Origin: an uncultured Thermoleophilia bacterium
GTDB taxonomy: Bacteria; Actinomycetota; Thermoleophilia; UBA2241
Direction: 5' to 3'
NCBI GenBank assembly: GCA_963696935.1
Contig: CAVOMB010000056.1
Coordinates: 3,331-67,330 of the forward strand
DNA length: 64,000 nt
Shown: positions 17,236-26,556 of the stretch, one piece after another
Numbering within the stretch: the stretch's first letter is position 1
How the letters are laid out: each line of letters opens with the position of its first letter
The notes under the pieces: model-generated
Seen by the model: only the letters and a program-made list of their open reading frames with translations
Databases searched by the model: none
What the model was told of the DNA's origin: nothing
Program-made: the position numbers and the translations under genes

Positions 17236-18972
17236 TCATGGATAGGTCGCGGTCCCATTACCGCTGCCGGTGTCGACGACCTCGGTCTTCAGTTGGTTCG
17301 CATGGCTGAAGGTCGTCGACTTCATGAAGAACACGTTGTACTGACCGGCGGGGAGGCTGGACCAGGTGATGCTGTTGCCGTTCTTCTTGACCCAGGTTCC
17401 CGAGGGCGGGGTGGTCGAGGCGGTGCCGGTCGTGGTGTACCACTTGGACGTGGCGACGTTCTGCACCCAAACGTAGGCCTGGGTCGTGCTGTTGTTCGTG
17501 ACTTTGATCTGGCGCAAGACGAGCGGGCCTGTCGTGACGGGGCCCGCACTGGCATAGGCCGAGGAGTTACCGGCCACGTCGACCGCGCAGACCCTGTAAG
17601 TATAGGTGGTCGCCCAGTTCGCCGTAGTGTCATCGTAGACGACGCCTTGATACAGGACCTGCAACTGCTGCCATGTGGAGTTGCCGCTCTGCTGGCGCTC
17701 GAGTGTGTATCCCGCGAGCCCGCTTGTAGGGGTGCCGGAGTCCGTGGACGTCGCCCATGTCAGATGCACGACCGCCTGTCCAGAGACGGGACTTGCCGTG
17801 AGCGGCGACGGGACGCTTGGCGGGTCCTTGTCTGAGGCCGGGTTGGGAAGCGCGGTCACCGCGGCAGTGAATGGGCCGACGAGATTGTTCGTATCGACCG
17901 TGCGCACCTTGTAGTAGTAGGTCGTCCCGTTCGTGACGCTGTTGTCCGGGTACGAGGTCGTCGTCGCCGCCTCGCCGATCTTCGCGTAGCTGACACCGTT
18001 CGTCGAGCGATACACCTCGTACTTCAGCACGCTGCCGGAGGCGGCCGTGGTCCACGTGAGGACCACCTGGCCGTCGTAGCTGTTTGCCACGAGGTCGGTC
18101 GGCGCGGGCGGCGCCAGGTTCTGGTAGTACATGGCGATGCTCCACGGCATGCCCTGACTGCGTGAGCCGAAGCCGGCAACAGCGACCGCCTGGATGATGT
18201 ACGTCCCGTTGGGCGCGTTCGAGTCATCCCACGAGTACTGATAGTGACCGGTATCTGTGGTGCTGACCGGCAGGTCGACCTTCTGCGAGGCGACCGCCGT
18301 TCCGTTGGCGGGCGTGATGGTGAAGAGCACGTATCCACGGTCCGTCGCCGTCGCACTCTGGTTCATGCTGGCGATGTCCTCGGGTGCGAGGTAGGCATCG
18401 ATGACAAGCGGCCCGCTGACGATCTTCGTAGTGTTCGTCGCGGCATCCGTCTGCAGCACACCGTCCGGGCCGAGGTCCACCCGAAGGATCTGCGGTCCGG
18501 CATACTGCTTGGAGATCATCGTACTGAGCTCGACCGGCTTCACCGGCTTTGGGGGAGCCGTCCATCGCGCCGTCACCGTGACTTGCTTGTACTTCTCCGT
18601 GCCGGGAGTGGCGCCGGCGTTGCCGGCGGAGTCGATGTAGTCGACACGGTAGGAGACGACGAACGTGCGATTCCCACCCCCGCCAGTCGTCCAGCCGACA
18701 GTGGTGCCGAACTGGCCGTTGGGGATCGTGTTGTTCGTGAGGGCGGTCTGTTCGATCTGGTCGTAGTCCAGCCCGCGGATCTTCTCGAGCTTGTCCTGCG
18801 CCAGTTGCAGTGCCGCATTTCGCACGACATCGCCCGAGGAGGCCTCGGATGCGCTCACGAACACTGGCACCAGCGCCGTGAACGCAAGTCCTGCGATAAT
18901 AATAGTGACCAGCAACTCCACGAAGCTGAAGCCAGCTCCGCGGTCACAGGCCCGCCAGAAGTGCCTGTTCAT
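17236..18972 (-). CDS. Prepilin-type protein, PilV-like N-domain fused to two fibronectin-III-like repeats (cassette A, 578 aa)
   Basis: ATG 18972 follows GGAGG. Leader MNRHFWRACDRGAG|FSFVELLVTIIIAGLAF. The module AQDKLEKIRGLDYDQI is PilV-like. FN3-like segments are PPAPTDLVANSYDGQVVLTWT...YEVYRS...YYYKVRTVD and PPSVPSPLTASPVSGQAVVHLTW...YTLERQ...YTYRVCAVD. Confidence 0.75.
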   Translation of the reverse strand: MNRHFWRACDRGAGFSFVELLVTIIIAGLAFTALVPVFVSASEASSGDVVRNAALQLAQDKLEKIRGLDYDQIEQTALTNNTIPNGQFGTTVGWTTGGGGNRTFVVSYRVDYIDSAGNAGATPGTEKYKQVTVTARWTAPPKPVKPVELSTMISKQYAGPQILRVDLGPDGVLQTDAATNTTKIVSGPLVIDAYLAPEDIASMNQSATATDRGYVLFTITPANGTAVASQKVDLPVSTTDTGHYQYSWDDSNAPNGTYIIQAVAVAGFGSRSQGMPWSIAMYYQNLAPPAPTDLVANSYDGQVVLTWTTAASGSVLKYEVYRSTNGVSYAKIGEAATTTSYPDNSVTNGTTYYYKVRTVDTNNLVGPFTAAVTALPNPASDKDPPSVPSPLTASPVSGQAVVHLTWATSTDSGTPTSGLAGYTLERQQSGNSTWQQLQVLYQGVVYDDTTANWATTYTYRVCAVDVAGNSSAYASAGPVTTGPLVLRQIKVTNNSTTQAYVWVQNVATSKWYTTTGTASTTPPSGTWVKKNGNSITWSSLPAGQYNVFFMKSTTFSHANQLKTEVVDTGSGNGTATYP

Positions 18973-19254
18973 ATGCCCCTGCCTCCGGATAGACGGGGAG
19001 TTCTCTATTCGCTCTATCGGCGGGGAGGGAAAAAGCATGAGCCCTCTCCGGCTCATCCGTTGCCCCACCGGGCGCATGTCCTAGTAGGTTCGCCCGCCTC
19101 GCTTGTCCACCTTCGCCGCGGTCCTTTGCCAGTATCCCCGGGAAGGTGTACAGACGACCATTGTGACACTACTTCCCGGGCGACGAAAGGTGCGACGCGC
19201 TGGTTCGCCCCCCGGAACGACTACGTCGCCGGCGGAGACAACGCGGAAAGAAGA

Positions 19255-19343
19255 GACGGGGCGCCGGGCGGCTCTGGCGACCACCCGGCGCCCCTGGGAT
19301 CCTCACAGTCGCCTGTTCCGGAGGCAGAGAGAGGTGTGAGGAC
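19255..19343 (-). repeat. Conserved ~90-nt post-PilX element, copy 1 (two hairpins, the distal one terminator-like)
   Basis: Near-identical to 23302-23392. The hairpin GGGGCGCCGGG(15 nt)CCCGGCGCCCC at 19258-19294 is followed on the minus strand by UCUCUUCUUUCC. A second hairpin, CCTCACA...TGTGAGG, spans 19301-19341. Confidence 0.7.
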
Positions 19344-19376
19344 CGTGCTCAGCAGGGTTGCGCCCCGTGTCGGACC

Positions 19377-21038
19377 TCAGTTGACGTTGGGCGAAAGCTC
19401 CTGCCAGGTGCCGGGCACCATGTTCGTCGCCGTTGTGGCCGCGGTGATCTGCAGGTTGGCTAGCGCCCGGGGATCGTACCCGACGTTGCCGTTGTTGGTG
19501 AAGCGGACGTCGCCCTTGGACATGACGGCACCGCGGACGAAGAACGTGCCGTCGCCGTCGTTGTCCAGGTTCACGCCGCCGTCCATGTTGACCACCAGCC
19601 CGGTGAACACGGCATCGGCGCTCAGTTGGATGGCTCGCGTGGCCGAGGTCCCGTCGTCGATGCCCAGCAGCACCATCGGGTCGTTCACGGTGCCGAACCC
19701 GCCGCTGCCCGATGTGGTGATCTGCCCGGGTGAGACGAGGATCGGGCAGAGGATCTGCGCGTTATTACCCGAGAAGGTAACCGCTCCCTGGACATACGTC
19801 GGCCCGAAGACGTGACTGAACGGGCCGCCCGACGACGTGAAGCTCCCGCCCACGTACAGAGGGCCCGGATCCTTGGACGCGTCGGTGTAGTCGGTCGTCT
19901 TGACCGTCAGAGCGCCGCCCCAATTGACGGTCCCTCCGACGTAGATCGGCCCGAACTGGCTGGTGCCCGAAGGTCCGGAGATGGTGAAGTTGCCACCCAC
20001 ATACAGGGCGGTGGCGTTGGTGTGGGTATTACCGCCCAGCGTGAGATTGCCGGTCACGTACAGCGACCGGAAGTTGAACGTGCTCTCGCCGCCGCCCAGC
20101 GTGAGGTTGCCGTTGACGACCAGGTCGGTGCTCGCGTTGTACGTTTGCGGGCTGGTCTTCTGCAGTTGGGTGATCAGCGCTGCGTCCGCCACGGTCCCCG
20201 CCGCGTTCGCCTTGGTCGGCGTCCCCTGTTTGGCCTGCGCGGTCATGGTGTCGATGGTGGCCTGAGGAAGAACGGTGCTCAGCGGCGGTACGCCGCCGGT
20301 CCCGGCCACTGCGGGGTTGATGCCGACTTTCGGATTGTAGACCGTACCGTTGGTCTTGACCTGGAGCGTGGTGGGACCACCGCTCGGCGAGAGATCCGTG
20401 TTCCAGTTGCCGGCGAAGTTGCCACCGGCGTAGATGGCCGCGTTCTTGTCTGTGTCAGCCACCCACGACGTGCTATTGGGGTCCGGGTACTTGATGCCGA
20501 AGGCGTCGCCGCCGCCGCCCGTGAACGCGACGTTACCGTCGCTGTAGATAGCGGCGGCGGGCAGGCTCAGAGAGCCGGTCGAGTTCACCTGGCCGACCAG
20601 CGTCCTAATCCGCGCGGTCTTGCCGTTGTAGGTGGCCGCGGCCTCGACCCACAGCTTGCCGTCGGGCGTGCTGGGCGCGGTCGGTCCGCCCTTGTCCCAG
20701 GTGATCGCCTCGTTCACCGTCGCCTGGTTGTCGTACACCTTGACCGTGAGAGGCGGTCGACTGCCCGACGGGTACGTGGCGTCGTAGGCCGAATTCAGGG
20801 TGCTCTGGGCGAACGCGGCGTTGGCTGCCGGCCAGGTCGTGGTGCGCACGGCCATCACTGCGCTGTCAAGACCGGCCTCGGCGTAGTTGAAGGCTTCGTC
20901 ATGATGCCGCTCGGCCGCCGTCGCCCCCTGCTGGTTGGCGAGCACGAACACTGCCGTGCCCGCGAGGATGGCAAGCGTGGCGGTGATGCCGAGCAGCAGG
21001 ATCAGCGCCGCTCCCGACTCAGAGGTGTGTCTCGGCAT
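19377..21038 (-). CDS. PilX-N-domain pseudopilin-like protein with a Gly/Thr/Asn-rich beta-solenoid-like repeat region (cassette B, 553 aa)
   Basis: ATG 21038 follows GAGGAGGAG. N-terminus MPRHTSESGAALILLLGITATLAILAG. Repeats such as LYVTGNLTLGGNTHTNATALYVGGNFTISGPSGTSQFGPIYVGGTVNWGG. Ends ...GTWQELSPNVN. Confidence 0.7.
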   Translation of the reverse strand: MPRHTSESGAALILLLGITATLAILAGTAVFVLANQQGATAAERHHDEAFNYAEAGLDSAVMAVRTTTWPAANAAFAQSTLNSAYDATYPSGSRPPLTVKVYDNQATVNEAITWDKGGPTAPSTPDGKLWVEAAATYNGKTARIRTLVGQVNSTGSLSLPAAAIYSDGNVAFTGGGGDAFGIKYPDPNSTSWVADTDKNAAIYAGGNFAGNWNTDLSPSGGPTTLQVKTNGTVYNPKVGINPAVAGTGGVPPLSTVLPQATIDTMTAQAKQGTPTKANAAGTVADAALITQLQKTSPQTYNASTDLVVNGNLTLGGGESTFNFRSLYVTGNLTLGGNTHTNATALYVGGNFTISGPSGTSQFGPIYVGGTVNWGGALTVKTTDYTDASKDPGPLYVGGSFTSSGGPFSHVFGPTYVQGAVTFSGNNAQILCPILVSPGQITTSGSGGFGTVNDPMVLLGIDDGTSATRAIQLSADAVFTGLVVNMDGGVNLDNDGDGTFFVRGAVMSKGDVRFTNNGNVGYDPRALANLQITAATTATNMVPGTWQELSPNVN

Positions 21039-21049
21039 GGTGCTCCTCC

Positions 21050-21742
21050 TCAATGCTGGGGGGCGTTGCGCGGCCGCACCGTAGTCTGGAGGCCCGCGTA
21101 GCTCGGCGTATGAGACAGGTTCGCGTCCACGATCAGGTGGATCTGGACGGAGATGATCTTGGAGAGCTCGGCGGTGGCCATGCTCGTGGCCGTCGTGAAG
21201 TTGCCCGAGCCGTCGCGGTAGCCGTAGGTGAACACGGGCGTCGGCGACTCCGTGCTTGGGACGCTGGTGTTCACCACGTTGCGGGCGAGGACCATCTTGC
21301 GGTCGGCGCTGTCGAAGCCTCCGCTCGCGTTGGTGTCGCGCTGCCAGTACAGCGTCTTCTGGACAGCGGCGCCGCTCGTGTCCAGGTAGATGCGCGTGAG
21401 ACGGAGCGCGCCGGTCCCGCTCCCGTCCGACCGTTGGAGCGGGTCGTTGAATGCAGAGCGATAGTCAATCTCGGTGGACGTGGCCACCGTGAACGGCGAG
21501 CTCGCCGGAGTGGTGATCGCCGCAGGCTGGGCGTCGCGGATCTCGCGGGCGGCGCGGGAGATCGCGTCCCTCGCCTCGCCGTTCGCATTGTCGGTCCGCA
21601 CGCCGTTGGCGTAGGACCGCTGGAGCGAAGTCCACCCCATGATCAGCATCGTGGTCACTACGCCCAGGATGATCATGGAGACGAGTAGTTCGATCAGGCT
21701 GATGCCGCGCTGACGACGGCGCGTGTCTGTGAGGCGGCGCAT
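21050..21742 (-). CDS. Prepilin-type methylation-domain protein, PilW-like (cassette B, 230 aa)
   Basis: MRRLTDTRRRQRG|ISLIELLVSMIILGVV. ATG 21742 overlaps the upstream stop by 1 nt. Confidence 0.75.
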   Translation of the reverse strand: MRRLTDTRRRQRGISLIELLVSMIILGVVTTMLIMGWTSLQRSYANGVRTDNANGEARDAISRAAREIRDAQPAAITTPASSPFTVATSTEIDYRSAFNDPLQRSDGSGTGALRLTRIYLDTSGAAVQKTLYWQRDTNASGGFDSADRKMVLARNVVNTSVPSTESPTPVFTYGYRDGSGNFTTATSMATAELSKIISVQIHLIVDANLSHTPSYAGLQTTVRPRNAPQH

Positions 21743-22644
21743 CACAGGGTGAACGTGTAGCTCTGGTTGCTGGTCGTGACGTACACGGTCTGCGTGAGCG
21801 TCTTCTGGTTCCCCGTGTTGCCGTTCTTGTAGTAGTTGCAGGTGACCAAATACGTGCCGGGGGCCAGACCGCTCCAGACAGAGGGCACAGACGTGGTCGG
21901 CACCAGCATCGACGGCGTCGCGGGCGCGTTCGGAGTGACGTCGATGCGCACCACGGTCACGCCCGACGACGAGTTCACGTAGTTGTTCGTAACCAGGATG
22001 GTGAGACTGTAGGTGGACGCCGACGTGGGACTCGGCGAAGGCGAGGGGCTGGCGCTCGGAGACGGTGACGGAGAGGCGGAGGAGCTCGCGCTCGTGCCTT
22101 GCGGGTTCATGACGATCGTCGTCAGGCTCACAGGCCGCACCGGCGACGGCGGAGCGGTCCACGACACCGTCACACTCACCCGCTTGTAGTTGACGGCTCC
22201 GGTGCTGGGCACGTTCTCGACCGAGTAGACGACCGAGTACGGCTTGGCCGAGCCCGCCGGCGTGAAGGTGCTGCCGAACTGCCCGCCGGCGAACGTGCCC
22301 GACTGCAGGTGCGACGCGTCGTTGACGATCTGGTCGAAGGCGAGCAGGCGGATCTTCTCGATGCGGTCCTGGGCGATGTTGTTCGCGACATTGCGCGCCC
22401 TGTCCCCCGAAGACGCCTTCTGGGCGCTTACGAACACCGGGACGAGCGCGGCGAAGACGATGCCGGCGAGGACGATGGTAACGAGGAGCTCCACGAGGCT
22501 GAAGCCCGCCGAAGATGAGCGAAGCGACTCGGAACGCAGGTGCGCCGGGTGCACCGCAAGAGCGCGCGGCGCGCGACGATGGGTGAATGTACCGGCGCGC
22601 TCTCCCGCGGGCGACGCGCCGCCTCTCTCTGCCAGGCTGTTCAC
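21742..22644 (-). CDS. Prepilin-type methylation-domain protein, PilV-like (cassette B, 300 aa)
   Basis: GTG 22644 follows GGGGAG. ...SSSAG|FSLVELLVTIVLAGIVF. AQDRIEKIRLLAFDQI. An SPSPSPSASPSPSPSP linker is followed by a beta-rich C-domain. The leader is unusually long, so the start is uncertain. Confidence 0.7.
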   Translation of the reverse strand: MNSLAERGGASPAGERAGTFTHRRAPRALAVHPAHLRSESLRSSSAGFSLVELLVTIVLAGIVFAALVPVFVSAQKASSGDRARNVANNIAQDRIEKIRLLAFDQIVNDASHLQSGTFAGGQFGSTFTPAGSAKPYSVVYSVENVPSTGAVNYKRVSVTVSWTAPPSPVRPVSLTTIVMNPQGTSASSSASPSPSPSASPSPSPSPTSASTYSLTILVTNNYVNSSSGVTVVRIDVTPNAPATPSMLVPTTSVPSVWSGLAPGTYLVTCNYYKNGNTGNQKTLTQTVYVTTSNQSYTFTL

Positions 22645-22935
22645 ATGGTCTCCCCAATTGCTTCAGGGGGAGCTCTGTGCGCGGGGTGCCAGCCCCGCAC
22701 TGCTCCACATAGAATGCTATCGGCAAGGAGAGGCGCGTCCATGAGGCCTGTCGAACCTCAGACTCGCCACTGGTTCACACGAGCCGCGCCTGCCCCGCCG
22801 GGCTTTGCCCTCCCATCTTCTCCTTGGGGGTCGGCTCTCCTACCATCACCGGACTCAGGCGATTCGAAGCTGGAACATCCGTTTGGGCGCTCTGGGGGAG
22901 AAGTTCGGAAGAGCGCCGATCGGCGTGTTCGCGCG

Positions 22936-23259
22936 TCAGGGCAGCACGTGGACCAGGTGCCCCGCGACCACCAGGAGGACGAGGTTGAGTGCCAGCAGGG
23001 CGATGATAGCCACGACCAAGGCCCTTTTGACCCCCGCCCTGCGCTCAACATCCGGCGAGCCCGTCGCGCTGCTCGCCGCCCTCGAACCCACCCACGCACG
23101 CGTGCCCTCGTCCGCCCAGACGAGGTGGCCCTGCCGGTCGTACTCCATGACGTCCGCGGCGGTCACCGCCCCATGGCCTTCGAGAATGAACGCGCCGTCC
23201 GCCCAGGTGATCCGCGTTCCCTGCCAAGCCGTTGTGGGTCCGAATGTCGCTATCAGCAT
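22936..23259 (-). CDS. Hypothetical protein with a C-terminal TM anchor (107 aa)
   Basis: High GC3. C-terminal helix ALVVAIIALLALNLVLLVVAG. No recognisable motif. Confidence 0.4.
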   Translation of the reverse strand: MLIATFGPTTAWQGTRITWADGAFILEGHGAVTAADVMEYDRQGHLVWADEGTRAWVGSRAASSATGSPDVERRAGVKRALVVAIIALLALNLVLLVVAGHLVHVLP

Positions 23260-23301
23260 GGGTCGTGTCGGGTGGGATGTCGGGTGGGCGGCGAGAGAGT
23301 G

Positions 23302-23392
23302 GACGGGGCGCCGGGCGGCTCTGGCGACCGCCCCGGCGCCCCTGGATCCTCACAAGTTGCCTGTTCCGGAGGCAGAGAGAGGGATGTGAGGA
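23302..23392 (-). repeat. Conserved ~90-nt post-PilX element, copy 2
   Basis: gacggggcgccgggcggctctggcgacc...cctgttccggaggcagagagag..tgtgagga aligns with 19255-19343 with only a few substitutions or indels. It starts 31 nt after the stop at 23423. Confidence 0.7.
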
Positions 23393-23422
23393 TCGTCTCC
23401 TGCGGACTCTACCCGCATCTTC

Positions 23423-25747
23423 TCAGTTCACCGGCAACTGTTGCCAGGAGCCGGGAAGTGTCTGGGTCACGGTCGTCTTGGTCTTGAGCGACGAGGTTGC
23501 GATGTTGCCGACCACCGTCATGTTGTAGGCGATGGAGTCGGAGTTGCTCAGGACGATGTCGCTCATCGACATGCCGCTGGTGTGACTCGGGTCGTAGGGG
23601 CAGCCTGCGAACACGGCGCCCTCCACCGTCGGCGTCGAAGCGTCGGTGTCGCCGGAGAAGTCGATGGTGGATTCGTTGATGACCATGAGGCCGAAGTACG
23701 TACCGATGTTGGTCCAGTCGACCACCTGCGGGTAGATGCCATTGTTGTCGCACACGAAGAAGTACACCATCGGAACGAGCCGCGAGCCGAACCTGATGTT
23801 CCCGCCGACCTGAGTCTTCTCCGTGGTCGCTAACAGCGGACACATGACGGTCGAGGCCGCGTCGCTGTCGAACACCACACTGGTGCTGGAGTTGCCCGGC
23901 ACCCAGATGTTGCCGTACTTGTCGCTGAACGTGCCGTCCCGTTTGAAGTAACGGCCGAGCCACATCGGCTTCGGCTGGGCCTCGTCTGAGGCAGGATTCG
24001 CGTTGTAGGCCACGGGATCGATCGACCACACGGAGGCCTTGCCGCCCCAGTTGACGTCCCCGTGGTTCGCGGAGGGGTTGGAGCTGCTGCTGTACGCCGC
24101 CACGTACACGGCGCCGAGCATGTCCGTGACCGCTGTCGAGGAGCCACTGATGGTGAAGTCGCCGTTGGCCGTCACGCCCGTCGCCTTCACGACGACGTTG
24201 CCGCTGAACGTCAGCGTCTTGGTGGTGCCGCTGGTGTAAATCAGCCCGAAGGTGTCGGTGTAGGTGGTGCTCCCTGATGTGGGTCCGTTCAGCCTGACGT
24301 TGCCGGCGCCGCAGAGAGAGGTCGCGGCGTTCAGCGCCACGGGCCCCGACACGCTGAAGTCGCTCAGGCAGTAGATCTGGCTGATGGCGTCGGCGACGCT
24401 CGTGGTCTGCGTGTTGTTGATGGTGAGCGCCCCGGCGCAGTACAGGGCGGCGGCACTCAGTTCGACCCGGTCCTTGACGGTGCTGGCCGACGAGCCGGCA
24501 ACGTACAGCGTCCCGGAGAGGGTCTGCGATACCGTCGCGCTGGTGGGTCCGGTGATCGTCAGCTTGCCGCCCACGTGGATGGACCGGGCGTTCAGCGTGA
24601 TGGGGCCGGTGATCGCCAGGTCGCCCGTCACGTACAGGTCGCGGAAGGTGAAGGAGCGGCCGGTGGTGCCGTTGCGCTGGAGCGTCAGGCTGCCGTTCAC
24701 CTTGTAGTCGGTGCCTGACACGTTCACCGCCGTGGTCGAAGAAGTGCTCGTCCAGCTCGAGAGGGTGGTCGCGTCGGGCGTCGACGTGGGGACCGGCGTC
24801 ATGTCCGCAGGCGCCGTCGGCGCCGTGGCGGGCGTGCCGCCCTCCTGCGCTTCGTTGACGAGGCTCGCCTGGGCGGCCTGGTCGAAGTAGTCGCTCAGGA
24901 ACCCGACCGTGCCGGCCCCGATGAAGACGTTGGTGAACTTGGGGCTGGCGGTGTCGGGGACCTTGTGGTTGGGTGCGCTGGTGTAGAGCGTGCCCGTGGT
25001 GCCGAGCCTGACGGAGCCGTTCACCTTGATGCCCAGGGTTTGCTTGGTGGCGCCGGGCCCGGCCATGTTGGCGGTGGTGTTGACAGTGAGCCGGCCGACC
25101 TCACCCCAACTGCTGGACATCGACGGCGTCCACGTGCCGCCGGCGGACATGTAGGTGGGCATCGACCCATCCGTGATGGGGCTGCCGTCGGCGTTGACCG
25201 CGTAGATGTCGCTGCTGCCGCCCATGTAGATGCCGGTGTCGCTGTAGGTGACGGCCTTGGGCAGCGCCGCGGCGAACGGCAGGGTGACCTGCTGGATGAG
25301 CACTCGCTCGCGCGTCTTGGTCGCCCTGCTGTCCGGCGCGGTGGCGGTGGCGTCGACCCACATGCGGTGATCGCCGTTGGAGTCGTAGCCGATCAGGTTG
25401 GCCCCGTCGCTGCTGAAGTCGATGGTCGCCACGTTGTCGTAGATCTTGTACGCGACCGTCGAGCCGGGCGGGAACTGGTTGTTGAACGCCGCCGCGAGGT
25501 CGGCCTGGGTGAGCCAGGTCTGGCCTGAGGCGGTCGGCATGGGGCGGGCGATCTTGAGCCTCTGGACGGCCGAGTCGAGGGCCGCCTCGCCGCCGTAGAA
25601 GGACTGCGTGCGGGCGCGCGTGATCGCAGTGGCCTTGCTCTGGTTGGCGATGACGAAGACGAGGGTGGCCGCCAGAATGGCGAGCGCCGCCGTCATGCCG
25701 ATGAGCATGATCAGCGCGGCGCCTCTCTCGTTGGAGTACCTGCGCAT
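23423..25747 (-). CDS. PilX-N-domain pseudopilin-like protein, very large (cassette C, 774 aa), beta-solenoid-like repeats
   Basis: ATG 25747 follows AGGAGGAAGG. N-terminus MRRYSNERGAALIMLIGMTAALAILAA. Repeats such as DLYVTGDLAITGPITLNARSIHVGGKLTITGPTSATVSQTLSGTLYVAGSS. Ends ...GSWQQLPVN. Confidence 0.7.
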   Translation of the reverse strand: MRRYSNERGAALIMLIGMTAALAILAATLVFVIANQSKATAITRARTQSFYGGEAALDSAVQRLKIARPMPTASGQTWLTQADLAAAFNNQFPPGSTVAYKIYDNVATIDFSSDGANLIGYDSNGDHRMWVDATATAPDSRATKTRERVLIQQVTLPFAAALPKAVTYSDTGIYMGGSSDIYAVNADGSPITDGSMPTYMSAGGTWTPSMSSSWGEVGRLTVNTTANMAGPGATKQTLGIKVNGSVRLGTTGTLYTSAPNHKVPDTASPKFTNVFIGAGTVGFLSDYFDQAAQASLVNEAQEGGTPATAPTAPADMTPVPTSTPDATTLSSWTSTSSTTAVNVSGTDYKVNGSLTLQRNGTTGRSFTFRDLYVTGDLAITGPITLNARSIHVGGKLTITGPTSATVSQTLSGTLYVAGSSASTVKDRVELSAAALYCAGALTINNTQTTSVADAISQIYCLSDFSVSGPVALNAATSLCGAGNVRLNGPTSGSTTYTDTFGLIYTSGTTKTLTFSGNVVVKATGVTANGDFTISGSSTAVTDMLGAVYVAAYSSSSNPSANHGDVNWGGKASVWSIDPVAYNANPASDEAQPKPMWLGRYFKRDGTFSDKYGNIWVPGNSSTSVVFDSDAASTVMCPLLATTEKTQVGGNIRFGSRLVPMVYFFVCDNNGIYPQVVDWTNIGTYFGLMVINESTIDFSGDTDASTPTVEGAVFAGCPYDPSHTSGMSMSDIVLSNSDSIAYNMTVVGNIATSSLKTKTTVTQTLPGSWQQLPVN

Positions 25748-25757
25748 GACCTTCCTC

Positions 25758-26546
25758 CTAGCTGCCACTCGCGTTGCGAAGGAGCACGGTGGTCGTCGTG
25801 TCGATGTACTTGGGTGCGTGGTAGATGTTGGCGTCGATGATGACCCGTGCACGGACACCTACGATGGTGCTCAGCGTGATCGCGCCCTCTGTGTCATTGT
25901 CGCCCCACTGAAGTGGGCTGGTCGCGGCGGTGCGCCAGGCGTACCGGAACAACTGGTACGCGAGTTTCTCAGGGCCACTGGGAGTGTCGTCGTAGTAGGA
26001 CCTGCTGACGACGTTGCGCGCCAGGACGACCTGCTTGTCGCCGCTGTCGGTGAACCCCGCCGGACCGGCTGCTGAGCTGGACGCGTTGCCGTTCATGTCG
26101 CGCTGCAGGTAGAGCGTCTTCTGCGGCGAGGTCCCCGTCGTGTAGTCGAGGTAGATGCGCGTGAGGTGCACCGCGCCGATGCCGGTGCCGTCGGTCGTGA
26201 TGTTGGTCGAGCCCAAAGACGAGTAGAACTTGATCTCCCACGGGCCGGCGAAGGTGATCGGCGGCTGCCCCACGGGCATCGCGGTCGTCGTGGCGGTCGG
26301 TGTGGGCGTGGGCGGCAGGACGTTGGGCTGGGCGGCACGCAACTCGGTACCGATGCGCGCCGACGCGTCGCGTGCCACGGAGGTGGCTCTGTCCGCCTGC
26401 ATGGCGAACACCGCGCTGCGCTGCAGGTTGACCCACACCATGACCAGCATGGTGGTGATGATGCCGAGGATGATCATCGAGATGAGCACCTCGATGAGCG
26501 TCAGGCCGGCCTCGCGGCCTCCACGGGAGTGAGGTGGGATCCGCAT
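25758..26546 (-). CDS. Prepilin-type methylation-domain protein, PilW-like (cassette C, 262 aa)
   Basis: MRIPPHSRGGREAG|LTLIEVLISMIILGII. The C-terminus parallels the other PilW-like paralogs. Confidence 0.75.
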   Translation of the reverse strand: MRIPPHSRGGREAGLTLIEVLISMIILGIITTMLVMVWVNLQRSAVFAMQADRATSVARDASARIGTELRAAQPNVLPPTPTPTATTTAMPVGQPPITFAGPWEIKFYSSLGSTNITTDGTGIGAVHLTRIYLDYTTGTSPQKTLYLQRDMNGNASSSAAGPAGFTDSGDKQVVLARNVVSRSYYDDTPSGPEKLAYQLFRYAWRTAATSPLQWGDNDTEGAITLSTIVGVRARVIIDANIYHAPKYIDTTTTVLLRNASGS

Positions 26547-26556
26547 CGCCGAGGTC

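Noticed and set aside
22020-22100. Repetitive SPSPSPSASPSPSPSP-coding DNA in PilV-B as a possible independent repeat element
   Set aside because: It is in frame within the pseudopilin gene and sits between two domains, consistent with an ordinary Ser/Pro linker.
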